From: a virus
Lineage: Duplodnaviria > Caudoviricetes
Length of the DNA stretch: 64,000 nt
Direction: 5' to 3' (one strand)
Virus record (IMG/VR): IMGVR_UViG_3300032167_000048
Shown here piece by piece: positions 28,740-39,200 of this stretch. Under the pieces are notes generated by a model, which was given only the letters and a program-made list of their open reading frames with translations, ran no database searches and had not been told where the DNA came from. Each line of letters begins with the position of its first letter. The first letter of the stretch is position 1. Position numbers and translations under genes: made by a program.

Positions 28740-28765
28740 AATATGGTGTGAGAGGTAGGTAGAAT

Positions 28766-29227
28766 ATGACTACTTCATATGAAAGACTTTATGAAAATCT
28801 TTTATCGAAATTTCGTAGTTATGAAATACCTCTCATGACTGTGGAAGAAGTAAAAGATTTGTTATATGACTTCCTTGCTCCAGCTATTTCAAGATTCCAT
28901 GTTTGTCGAAAAGATTTAAAAGACAGAGATGATATTATACAGAGATTCAATGTTGAATTATCTGATATAGAAATTGAAATTCTTAGTAATTATATGCTTA
29001 TAGAATATATAGATTCTGAGTATATAAGAACTCCGTCTCTTTTAAAGGTTCAGTTACCATCAAGTGATTTTAAGGCGTATTCGCCTGCGAACTTTCTTGA
29101 TAAGTTAATGGCTATGCATAAAACTTATGTAACCGAGAATGAAACACTATTGTCTCGCTATTCGTGGATGAGTGTAAAAGGGTCTGGAATTAAACTTGGA
29201 GCTGGATATAAAAAATCAACATTTTAA
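28766..29227 (+). CDS. Head-tail adaptor
   Basis: MTTSYE..Y..L, DFKAYSPAN motif, synteny. Confidence 0.6.
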   Translation: MTTSYERLYENLLSKFRSYEIPLMTVEEVKDLLYDFLAPAISRFHVCRKDLKDRDDIIQRFNVELSDIEIEILSNYMLIEYIDSEYIRTPSLLKVQLPSSDFKAYSPANFLDKLMAMHKTYVTENETLLSRYSWMSVKGSGIKLGAGYKKSTF

Positions 29228-29258
29228 AAATAAAAAAATATGAAAGGTGGTGGGTTGA

Positions 29259-30368
29259 TTGCGGTGTTTAGATAAGTTCAATAAGAAAATGAGCTATAGT
29301 GGTGGGTCTATTAGAAAAGAAGGTATTATTAGTACCAGAGAATTATTAAAAGAAACATTTGCAGATGACCCATCATATACGTTAGGCGTTTATTTTTGGA
29401 GACTTGGATTGAAAGAATATGAGAATGAATCTCCTATTGAAATACGCTTGTATGGCAGAGCGTTTTCAGCTGCAAATGGTGTTACCGTTAAGTTTCAAAC
29501 ACCTTATGATACACCAGTTGTTGTTGGGGATATTATTTATAATGCAAAAGAAGACCAGTATTTAATTTGTACAGAGGCGTTTAATATTGATGATATTCAT
29601 TTCAAAGGAAAGTTTACTTTGTGTAATTGGATATTAAAATGGCAGAATAAGAATGGTAAAATCTTAGAATACCCTTGTTATGATATAAATGCTACTCAGT
29701 ATAACTCTGGTGAGCAATCTAATTCACATTTTACAGTTGATTCATCACAGCATATGATTACATTGCCAAGTGATGAGAATACAATTGAATTATGTAGTCC
29801 ACAAAGATTTTATCTTGATAAGGCTACTAACAATCCATCGACTTATATTGTAACTCAAAATGATACAACAAGTCATAATTATGGTAAAAAAGGATTGGTT
29901 AAGCTTACCGTTTTTGCACATCCAAGTAATCCAGAAACGGACAATCCAAAATTGGGTATTTGTGATTATATTGATATGAGCGCTGGTAGTACTCATGCTG
30001 GAACTACTGTTGAAAAATGCCCTGTAAATGAACAATCTTGTCGTATTTCTAGAGCGGTCATTGAATATGATACAAATATTATTAAATCTGGCGGAGATTC
30101 TAAAGTGTTTATTGGTAAATTCTATGATGATAAAGGTAAAGAAATTAAAGGCGTAGTACCTAGCTGGACTATAGTTAGTGATTTTGATGATAACGATGCC
30201 TTTAGAGAAAAATTACAGCTTAAGGAGTTCAATGATAACTGTTTAAGTATTGGGATAGATGACGACTTATACATTGATGAAGATTTTAAATTAGTTTGTT
30301 CTTCTGAAGATGATAATAGCGGAATTATTTCTTCTACTTTAGTTATTGAAATTGAATCATTATTATAA
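29259..30368 (+). CDS. Head closure/neck protein
   Basis: Beta-rich, CNWILKWQN motif, synteny. Confidence 0.55.
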   Translation: MRCLDKFNKKMSYSGGSIRKEGIISTRELLKETFADDPSYTLGVYFWRLGLKEYENESPIEIRLYGRAFSAANGVTVKFQTPYDTPVVVGDIIYNAKEDQYLICTEAFNIDDIHFKGKFTLCNWILKWQNKNGKILEYPCYDINATQYNSGEQSNSHFTVDSSQHMITLPSDENTIELCSPQRFYLDKATNNPSTYIVTQNDTTSHNYGKKGLVKLTVFAHPSNPETDNPKLGICDYIDMSAGSTHAGTTVEKCPVNEQSCRISRAVIEYDTNIIKSGGDSKVFIGKFYDDKGKEIKGVVPSWTIVSDFDDNDAFREKLQLKEFNDNCLSIGIDDDLYIDEDFKLVCSSEDDNSGIISSTLVIEIESLL

Positions 30369-30883
30369 TGGCTAATAGCTCTATTGTAAGAAAAGCAAAA
30401 AATAAAATTATTAAAGAATTTATCAAAGACAAAGAAATTGTAGCTGCCATTGACAGCAAAGATATAAAACCTAATGAACCAGAAAAATTAATTGGTACTC
30501 ATATTTTTAATTATAACCAAAACCCACATACTTTAAACAAAGTAGGAACATTTATAACAGTACAAGTTCATATACCAGAAAATTTCTATAGTGATTATCG
30601 TGGTAATTCTATTATTCACGTAAAACCAATGATAGAAATATGGATAATATCTCATGAAAAACACATGGTCGTAGATAATGTGCCAAAGGTTACGCAAAAT
30701 CGAAATGATTATTTATCAGAGTTAATTGATAATAAAATTAATGGTAAAAGCGGTTTTGGCATTGGAGATGTTAGATTAGCAAGTAATATTGAGGGAGCTT
30801 CTCAGTCAGATTACTTATACAGAAAGCTAACTTTTAAATGCTTGGATTTGAATTGGTCTTTATGCGAAGACGATGACGATTAG
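30368..30883 (+). CDS. Tail completion protein
   Basis: Synteny; RNDYLSELID motif. Confidence 0.5.
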   Translation: MANSSIVRKAKNKIIKEFIKDKEIVAAIDSKDIKPNEPEKLIGTHIFNYNQNPHTLNKVGTFITVQVHIPENFYSDYRGNSIIHVKPMIEIWIISHEKHMVVDNVPKVTQNRNDYLSELIDNKINGKSGFGIGDVRLASNIEGASQSDYLYRKLTFKCLDLNWSLCEDDDD

Positions 30884-30909
30884 TGTGAATATAAGTGGGG
30901 TAATATGAA

Positions 30910-31737
30910 ATGTTTGAGATAGATGATTTGAAGATATACAGGGGTGCAGATATTCACATTACTGATAAAATAATTGTTACGCAGCCTACGATTGACCAAA
31001 TCATTGAATTTGGCGAAAGAAAATATTTTCAAACAGTACACACCCTAACTGGCGTAGGAGCTGATTTTAAATGGCAATTATGGGATTATTTTGATATTGA
31101 TTATACTACTATTGATGATTTTGAATTATTTAAAAAAATGATTTATCATAGTTTGTCTAGTAGAAAAAAAATATATTATGAATTAAAAAATAATCCAGAA
31201 CAGTATGAAGAATATATAGAAAAAATGAATGATGAAGATTTGGATGACTTATTGGTCAATCCACTTTCTCTCATTATAAAAGATATAGATTTTGCTGATT
31301 TCGAAGAATATGAATCAGATAAAAATCATGAAACTATTTTATACGACAAAGAACATGATATTACAATTGACAGATATGTATATGCAAGAATAGTTGACGC
31401 TGTTAGAAAAATCCACGGTTTAAAAAGGAATAATCAGATTCCAGCAAATGAAAGAACCAAGATGGATTTAATTGAAGATGCTAGAGATGATGCATTGCGT
31501 GATTCTCAAAAGCCATATAAGAGTTTATTAAAACCTCTTATTTCTGCTTTGGCTGTAAAAACTGGTCAACTAGGGAGCGATTCTATTTGGAATACAAAGA
31601 TAAATATGTTCTTTGATAGTATAAAAAGAATTAATAAAATCCAAGACGCAGAATTGTTATTACAAGGTGCTTATTCTGGATTTGCCAGCCTTAAAGATGT
31701 TGATAAAGATAGACTTGATTGGGCTGGAGATATTTAA
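30910..31737 (+). CDS. Tail-region hypothetical protein
   Basis: 275-aa ORF in the operon. Confidence 0.6.
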   Translation: MFEIDDLKIYRGADIHITDKIIVTQPTIDQIIEFGERKYFQTVHTLTGVGADFKWQLWDYFDIDYTTIDDFELFKKMIYHSLSSRKKIYYELKNNPEQYEEYIEKMNDEDLDDLLVNPLSLIIKDIDFADFEEYESDKNHETILYDKEHDITIDRYVYARIVDAVRKIHGLKRNNQIPANERTKMDLIEDARDDALRDSQKPYKSLLKPLISALAVKTGQLGSDSIWNTKINMFFDSIKRINKIQDAELLLQGAYSGFASLKDVDKDRLDWAGDI

Positions 31738-31766
31738 AATATAATTATTTTATGGAGGAAATTATT

Positions 31767-32558
31767 ATGGCATTCAATAAGAACGAATTAATTCTTGATA
31801 AAGTTCGTAGCTTAACTGCTCACGACCTTGAATCAGATAAAATGCTTTTAAGACTTACATCTCTTGAAGATTCTAGTCTTAACACAACTGCTGAAGGTGA
31901 AGAAATTGTTGACTCTATCGGTGCTCTTATCACAACACTGTATCGTGCTAAGAAAGCAACATTTTCTGCAAGCAACTCTTTAATTTCTCTTGACCTTGCT
32001 GCTGCTCAGTATGGTACAAAGAAACAGGTTGCAGATGGAACAACAAAAGTTCTTGACTGTGCTTATGAAACAATTAAAATCGAAGATGGTGCTACAAGTG
32101 TAAAACTTAAACATGAACCTATCGTGGAAAGTATTAAATGGATTTACATCATCGAAAACAACGAAGTTGGTGAAGCTTTCGAAGTTGGAGCTGCTGCTTC
32201 TGAAAAGATGGCTGTTGTTGCTGATGACGGAACAATTACACTTCCTACAAGTGTAACAAAAGGTAAAGTTTACGTTGAATACGATTTCGAAAACGAAAAC
32301 GCTGTTCAGATTGTAAACAAAGCTAGCGAATTCCCAGAAGCTGTTAAAGTTATTATCTATGCATACTTCAGAGATGTATGTAACGAAAATAAAGTATATT
32401 CTGGTAAAATCATTTGTCCAAAGGCAAAATTAAATCCAGAATCTGTAGAACTTTCTCTGACTTCTACTGGTAAACATCCATTTGAATTCGTTGTTAACCG
32501 TGACTACTGTGCAGAAGAAGGCGAAGACGAATTATTCAGAATTATCGTATCTGAATAA
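31767..32558 (+). CDS. Major tail tube protein
   Basis: GGAGG RBS before the ATG at 31767, biased codons, followed by a hairpin at 32586-32608. Confidence 0.7.
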   Translation: MAFNKNELILDKVRSLTAHDLESDKMLLRLTSLEDSSLNTTAEGEEIVDSIGALITTLYRAKKATFSASNSLISLDLAAAQYGTKKQVADGTTKVLDCAYETIKIEDGATSVKLKHEPIVESIKWIYIIENNEVGEAFEVGAAASEKMAVVADDGTITLPTSVTKGKVYVEYDFENENAVQIVNKASEFPEAVKVIIYAYFRDVCNENKVYSGKIICPKAKLNPESVELSLTSTGKHPFEFVVNRDYCAEEGEDELFRIIVSE

Positions 32559-32633
32559 TCTAACTTTTAACTAATAAATTTATATGAGTAGGGGTTTATC
32601 CCCTACTCTATTATTTATATGGAGGTGGTACAG

Positions 32634-33020
32634 ATGGCAGAAAAAAATAATGCAACATGCAGTATATGCGGAAAAGATTACTACATGTGTATGTCATGTA
32701 AAGATTCCATTGAGCTTCATCCGTTTAAAAGATTTACTGATACTTCAGAGCATTATAAAGTATTTCAGGTAGTACGTGGATTTTCGACTGGTGTATATTC
32801 CAAAGACGAAGCCAAAGAAAAATTTAAAAATATAGATTTAAGCGATTTAGAAAGTTTCAGACCACACATCAAAAATATTATAAAAGATATTTTAAGAGAA
32901 GAAAAACCAGTTATTGAAAAGGTTTATTCTCGTAAAAAAAATAAAGTAGATGAAGTTAAAGTGGATGAAAAAATAGATAGCGATTGCGAAAGCGAAAGCG
33001 AAATTGTTGAGTGTGAATAA
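32634..33020 (+). CDS. Small Zn-binding protein
   Basis: CSICGKDYYMCMSC; GGAGGTGG RBS; terminator at 33038-33085. Confidence 0.7.
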   Translation: MAEKNNATCSICGKDYYMCMSCKDSIELHPFKRFTDTSEHYKVFQVVRGFSTGVYSKDEAKEKFKNIDLSDLESFRPHIKNIIKDILREEKPVIEKVYSRKKNKVDEVKVDEKIDSDCESESEIVECE

Positions 33021-33130
33021 TATTGTGTAGATTAATAGAAAGGAAATATTTGTTCACAATCTGTAACAGTATTTCCTTTTTTTTACTGTGTACAATATTT
33101 AGTAAAAATATGGAAATACGTAGAAAATGA

Positions 33131-33376
33131 ATGAAAGAAAAGGTAAAAATTATGAGAGAAATAAGTGATGTAACTGGTATAACTTATGAGCTTGAAGATG
33201 TTGTGTTCTTTAGAAATTTATATCAATCAAGTTTTTATATTGACCATAATGCTACTATTGTAGATGTTTTTACGGATAGTAATGGCAAGCTTGTGTTTGT
33301 TTTTTATCGTGACCAACATGAAAATTTAATAAAGTTATGGCTTGATAATAAAAAGGAAAGCAATAAAGATGAGTAA
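33131..33376 (+). CDS. Hypothetical protein
   Basis: 81-aa ORF overlapping the next start. Confidence 0.6.
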   Translation: MKEKVKIMREISDVTGITYELEDVVFFRNLYQSSFYIDHNATIVDVFTDSNGKLVFVFYRDQHENLIKLWLDNKKESNKDE

Positions 33377-33896
33377 AAATGAAGGAAAAATCTTTGAAGA
33401 AGATATAAAAAATAGCGTTCCAGATTATGCAAAATTATTAAGATTGCCAGACCCCCCACACTCTTTTACTCAAAGAAGCGATACAAAGTTTTCTAAGAAG
33501 AATCCGTATGATTTTGAATGCTTTGATTCCAAAAGAAGAACTTTGTATTGTTGGGAGTTAAAATCAACGGCTCAAAAATATATGGGGTTTCAAATGAGCA
33601 AGGATGACGACAGAGAAGTTTTGATTAAATGGCATCAAATAGATGGACTAACAAAGGCTTCTGAATATCCAAACGTAATTGCTGGTTTTCTTTTAAATTA
33701 TAGATTGGATAATGGCGAGCAACTTTTATATTTTTTAGATATTAAAGATTTTAATAAAATGAAAAAATCAATTAGCAAAAAATCATTTAATATAATGGAT
33801 GCCGTTTTATACGGTGCTATTAGAATAAATGGTAACAAAAAAAGAACAAGATGGAATTGGGATTTAGATAATTTTCTAAATCTTAACTTAAATTAA
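33369..33896 (+). CDS. RecU-like Holliday junction resolvase (PD-D/ExK nuclease)
   Basis: GKIFEEDI, PYDF, ELKST, HQIDGL. Confidence 0.75.
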   Translation: MSKNEGKIFEEDIKNSVPDYAKLLRLPDPPHSFTQRSDTKFSKKNPYDFECFDSKRRTLYCWELKSTAQKYMGFQMSKDDDREVLIKWHQIDGLTKASEYPNVIAGFLLNYRLDNGEQLLYFLDIKDFNKMKKSISKKSFNIMDAVLYGAIRINGNKKRTRWNWDLDNFLNLNLN

Positions 33897-33919
33897 CAAA
33901 TTATGAGAGGGTAATAAAG

Positions 33920-34588
33920 GTGATGAATATGTTAAATAAAAATGGTGTTTTTACTTATAAAGATGATTCTTATGATTTTAATTTTAAAACTTCTTTATCA
34001 GCAATGGAAAAATTGTCTTTTGTCAGAAATGTAGTTGACACAATTGTAGATGATAAAAGTTATGATGTTGTAATTAGAGATTTGGTTTTTGATTTTAATA
34101 TTATTGCATTTTTTACAAATATAGATACATCATTTATCGAAATGAAAGACGAAGATGGTAATGATATTAATCATATTCTTCTTATTGAACATTTCTTAAA
34201 TGAGTCTAATGTTGTTGATATTGTAAAGGCAAATATGGAAGACGGAGTAATCGAAGAACTTACAAATGCAATTGATTTAAATGTTCAGTATCTTACTGGA
34301 ATTTGTTTAAATTCAGTTAACAATTCATTGGCAAAATTACTTTCAACATTAGAAAAAAAATTTAATGGTGTTGATTTAGACAGTATGATGCCTATGGTTC
34401 AGAAGTTTGCAAGTATGACTGATGATTTTACAGTAGACAACATTGTTAGCGCTTATATGAATAGCGACATTCACAAAAGTAATATTGTTGAAATTGAAAA
34501 AGCAAAAGCGTCAAAAGAAGAAAAAGTAGAAGTATCAGAATCTAAAAAGTCAACAAAGAAAAAAGAAGATAAAACAAAAAGCGAATAA
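33920..34588 (+). CDS. Probable tail assembly chaperone
   Basis: Helical and acidic; synteny upstream of the tape measure. Confidence 0.45.
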   Translation: MMNMLNKNGVFTYKDDSYDFNFKTSLSAMEKLSFVRNVVDTIVDDKSYDVVIRDLVFDFNIIAFFTNIDTSFIEMKDEDGNDINHILLIEHFLNESNVVDIVKANMEDGVIEELTNAIDLNVQYLTGICLNSVNNSLAKLLSTLEKKFNGVDLDSMMPMVQKFASMTDDFTVDNIVSAYMNSDIHKSNIVEIEKAKASKEEKVEVSESKKSTKKKEDKTKSE

Positions 34589-34598
34589 AAATTCGTAG

Positions 34599-35072
34599 GT
34601 GATATATATGATTATTAAAAACAATGCCCAGCTAACAAAAGCTATAATGTCAAAATGTGTTGACGCTGTGAATAGTGCGGAATTAAAAATTTATGGTGAT
34701 TTTTTTGACATGGTTCACCATTTCTACACAGAGTTTTCTCCAGATGAGTATATAAGAACATATGCATTATACACATCATTGGATTCCACTGGTGCAAAAG
34801 TAAACGGAGATTCTGTGAGTGCAAAAGTATATTTTAATACGCCAAGTTATCAACAAGGCATGATGGAATTACAACATACTCCAGAGCATGGAATGTATGG
34901 TTGGGCTAGTCATAGTGGAGAAGAGGTTCTTGACACTGCGATGACTAGTAAAAAATCACATGGTGGTCATATTAGTGGTACTCCTATTTGGACTACCACT
35001 ATGAAAAAGCTTGGTGGGAAAGCTGGAATAAAAGATTTGTTAAAACAAGAATTAAAAAGTCAAGGTCTTTAA
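34599..35072 (+). CDS. Tail-region hypothetical protein
   Basis: FY....P..Y.RT motif; synteny. Confidence 0.55.
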   Translation: MIYMIIKNNAQLTKAIMSKCVDAVNSAELKIYGDFFDMVHHFYTEFSPDEYIRTYALYTSLDSTGAKVNGDSVSAKVYFNTPSYQQGMMELQHTPEHGMYGWASHSGEEVLDTAMTSKKSHGGHISGTPIWTTTMKKLGGKAGIKDLLKQELKSQGL

Positions 35073-35096
35073 TCTAATAAGAAAGGAGGATGATTT

Positions 35097-36131
35097 ATGG
35101 CAAAGGGAAGAAAAACGTTTAGAAAAGTTATCACTTCTGACGAGTTAATATCACAAATTAACCCAGAGAACGTTAAGTTAATGGAAAGATTTTTAAAAAA
35201 TTTTGCCACTAAGCGTTCTCCTAAATCTGTTACTGTATATAGAAGTAATTTAAATATATTTTTTGTATGGAATTTATTGGAAAATTCTAATAAGCCATTT
35301 GCAAAAATCAGAAAATTAGAAATGTTAGATTTCTTTGATTATGCGCTAAGTGAGTTGCGTTGGTCTCCAAATAGATTTCACCAATGCCACTCTTCTTTAT
35401 CAAGTTTCTCAGATTGGATTGAGAATTATTATGATGAAGTTGATGGATATGAAAATTTCCGAAACATTGTAAAGAAAATTGAAAAACCATCAAAAGAGGC
35501 GGTTAGAGAAAAAACAGTTTTAAAAGAAGATGATATTGATAAAATATTTATTGTATTAGAAGAAGAGAAACGTATACAGGAGCAATGTTTATTGGCACTG
35601 GCTATTTCTTGTGGTGCTAGAGTTTCTGAATTAGCTCAGTTTACTACGTCCCTTATCGATGAAAACAATACTGTTTTTGAGGGATTATTTTTAGAAACTA
35701 CGGAAAAAATTAGAACAAAAGGTTCTGGAGTTATGGGAAAGATGTTAAAAAAATATATATTAAAAGATATGTTTTTACCATATTACCATAAATGGCTAAA
35801 AGAAAGAGAAAAAATTCTTAAAGATAATAATCAAGAACATGATTTTATTTTTATAACAAAAGATGGAAATCCAGCCAATGCAGATAGACTAAGAGATTGG
35901 ATTGGCACTTGGGGCGACATTGTTGACCAACCATCATATCCACATATGTATCGTCACTATCAAATTAGTCTTTTGAAAAGATTGGAGATTGATGACGATT
36001 TAATTGTATATTTAACTGGTTGGGCTGAGGGAAGCGGTCATACAATGATTTCTATTTATAATGATAATGAATTAAGAGATACGCAATTTGCATGTCTTAA
36101 CAACTTAAAAGATTTCTTAAAAGAAAAATAA
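35097..36131 (+). CDS. Tyrosine recombinase
   Basis: GARVSEL, RTKG, HMYRH, GW and C-terminal Y catalytic residues. Confidence 0.85.
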   Translation: MAKGRKTFRKVITSDELISQINPENVKLMERFLKNFATKRSPKSVTVYRSNLNIFFVWNLLENSNKPFAKIRKLEMLDFFDYALSELRWSPNRFHQCHSSLSSFSDWIENYYDEVDGYENFRNIVKKIEKPSKEAVREKTVLKEDDIDKIFIVLEEEKRIQEQCLLALAISCGARVSELAQFTTSLIDENNTVFEGLFLETTEKIRTKGSGVMGKMLKKYILKDMFLPYYHKWLKEREKILKDNNQEHDFIFITKDGNPANADRLRDWIGTWGDIVDQPSYPHMYRHYQISLLKRLEIDDDLIVYLTGWAEGSGHTMISIYNDNELRDTQFACLNNLKDFLKEK

Positions 36132-36265
36132 AGTAATATTTTAGTAGGCTAGGGTTTAAAATTGGAGTTTTATTGCCAGTTTTATCTAGCCTACTTTTTA
36201 AATTAGAAAATTATTGCACCTTTTAAGGTGCGTTTTATATGCACCTGAAAGGAGTGTGAATATAT

Positions 36266-39200
36266 ATGGCTGATTATACAATCGAGCTGGGTGTCAAGTT
36301 GAATACCAATGAAGTTGACACTAAAATTAAAAGTTATAATAATAAAACAATTAAATTAAAAGCAGATTTTGACCCTAGTGATATCACTACAAAATTGAAT
36401 TCATATAATCCAAAGCCAATTGTTGTTAAATCTACTCTTAACACAGACGGTATAACTGCTAAAATTAAAGCTTATGACCCACGTAAAATGATTCATCTCA
36501 AATCTAAATTGAGCATGGAGAATGTTGAGACAGCTATAAGCAATTATAATAATAGCAAGCCAATTAAGCTTAGTGCAGAATTATATCAAGGAGCGCTTAA
36601 TAAGGCTGTACAAGCTCAGGCTGGAACTGTGTCAGAGATAATTACAGTTAAGGCTAAATTAGATGATAATGCTATTAATAAAGCAATTTCCACTTTTTCA
36701 TCTGGAAATTCTGCAATTCCAATCAGAGTAGACCCAGATTTTAGCAATGTTAATTTTGATAAAGTCGAGGAGCTTTTAAAGGGGTATGAGGCTAGAACGC
36801 CAATAAAAGCCAATGTTCAGATAAATAAAACTGGAATTAACAATGCAATAAGTGAATTTAATACTGAGCTTAAAGGCGATAGAAATAGAGATATTTTGTT
36901 ACAAGTTAAAATAACTGATGCTGCTATTTCTAGTGCATTATCTAAATACAATCAAAGTAATAGTGCTTCTAGCAAAACAGGAATTCCAATTGATTTAACT
37001 ATAAAACCAAATTCGGACTTTGACGCTAGGTTAAAAGCAAAAATAGCAGAATATGAAAAAGTTCCTGTTTCAATTCCAGCACAGTTAATGCCATCATATA
37101 GCAAAGGCAAAGGTTTTACATCTGAACTTCAGAAAGTTCCTATTCCTATTGATGTAACATTACAAAATCCAAAGGCTCTTAATGAGGCTATAAAAGCGCA
37201 AACTGGAAAAGTAGTTCCAGTTAAAGCGGAACTAATACCAACTGCAAATTTTGATGCTAAGATAACCAAGAAAACAATTCCAATTTATGGTGAATTAGAC
37301 CCAAAAAATATCAATGCTACAATAGACGCATTTAAACCAACATCTAAAATAAAAGTTGGTGTTAAATTAGATTCCATAGATGTAAATGATGAGGTAAGAA
37401 AATTACCAAAATCTACTGAGAAGATTGAAGTTGGCGCAAAATTATCTCCAACAAGTATTAATCAGGCTATATCTACCGCAAAGCCAACAAGTTTACTTAG
37501 AGTAAATATTGATATACAAGAGGCTGATGTTAATGCTCAAATAAGCGCAATACAGCCTACTGCCAAAATAAAAGTTTTATTGGATTTTGGCAATGCTAGT
37601 GCAACTGATAAATCTGGTGTGGCTGGTATACAAAATACTCAGTCCCCAGTAATGATGAAGGTAAAATTAGACCGTGAAGATATTAATGGTCAAATTAGGG
37701 ATTTTAAAACAACTTCAAAAATAAAAGTTGGAATTAAAGCTGATTTTGCTAGTCATTCTGGTGGTCAGACTGGTATTCCACAGCAGATTAAAAATTATAA
37801 AACTAATACTAAAATTAGAGTTGGTATTAAGTTACAAACAGACGATATTAATGCTCAGATAGAGGCAATACATCCAACTTCTAAGATTAGAGCATCTATA
37901 GATATAAATAATAGTTTAAATAAAAACGATACTAATGCTGCTAAAGTAAAAGTTCAATTAGACAAAGCTGATATTAATAATCAGATTCAAACATTTACTA
38001 GAGAATCAAAGCAAAAAATGAAATTAAATTTACAGTTTTTTGCGGCAAAGGGAAGTGGCAATAATAGTGTAACGAAACAAATAAAAAGTGCTATTGACCA
38101 ATCAGTAGGTTCAAATAAAAAGATTCCTATTAATATTGAACTTGAGCAAGGTAGCGTACAGAGAGTTCAAAGCCAAATTGATAATATTAGACAACAGATT
38201 ACGCAACTTTCTAATATAAGAATTGATTTTGGTGGTGGAGGCAATAGTGGTGGTGGTCGTGGTGCTGCCGCACAAGCTAATGAAACAGCTGAAGCATTTA
38301 GATATTTAATGTCTATCATAAATGAAATCAACTCAAAAAGAGTGCAGTTAAATAAATTGACTGGTTCTGCTCAAGCATCGAATGAAATAAGAACTCTTAC
38401 AGACCAAATAGATAGACTTGATATCGAATATAACAATTTAATAAATTCTCTTAGCGCTCGTGGAATACAGTTTACTGGAGAGCAGTGGAGTCAGCTTGAA
38501 ACAGCTATGATAAGAGCTGGAAGACAAATAGATATTGTTCAAGCAAAAATGGCCGACAAAACTATTGCTCAAGGTCAAACACAATCATTTAGAGAGCTTT
38601 CGTCAATTCTTAAAGAGATAGACTCTTTAGAGAAAAATATTACAAATTTGAAATTGCAAGGCGGAAACTCAAATCAGATTGCACTGCTTGAGGGAGAATT
38701 AAGAACTTTACAGTCTACATATCAGCATCTTGTAACAACAATGAACACTCCTTTAACCGCTGCTCAGTGGGGTTCATTGTATACACAAATTGCAAAAACA
38801 TCTGAAGATATCGATAGATTAAAAGCAAAATATGCTGACGCAAGGGCTGAGTTTTCAAAAGGCATTAAAGCGAATATTTCTAATGGTAAATTAGGCACTG
38901 AACTTAATGGTGTAATACAGAATTTTAACAGACTTGGCATTGCAAATAGACAAGTGTCTGACGATATTAGACAGTTGCAGGCGCTACTGAAAAATATGGA
39001 CGCTAGTGATGATGTAGAATCTGTTTGTAGCGATTATGAGAGATTTCAACAATTATTACAAACTGTAAAATATGGCATAAAAGATTTGCAAATTCAAATG
39101 AATGAAGCGAATAGACCAGAAATGCTGGCTGCTTCAAAAGAGGCTGCGGTACAAAAATTAAATGGTTTATTCGAAAAAGGTTCTCAGGCTGCAAAAACAT

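Noticed and set aside
33920-35072. Tail-chaperone programmed -1 frameshift
   Set aside because: No convincing slippery site linking the two ORFs was identified, and the second ORF has its own RBS.
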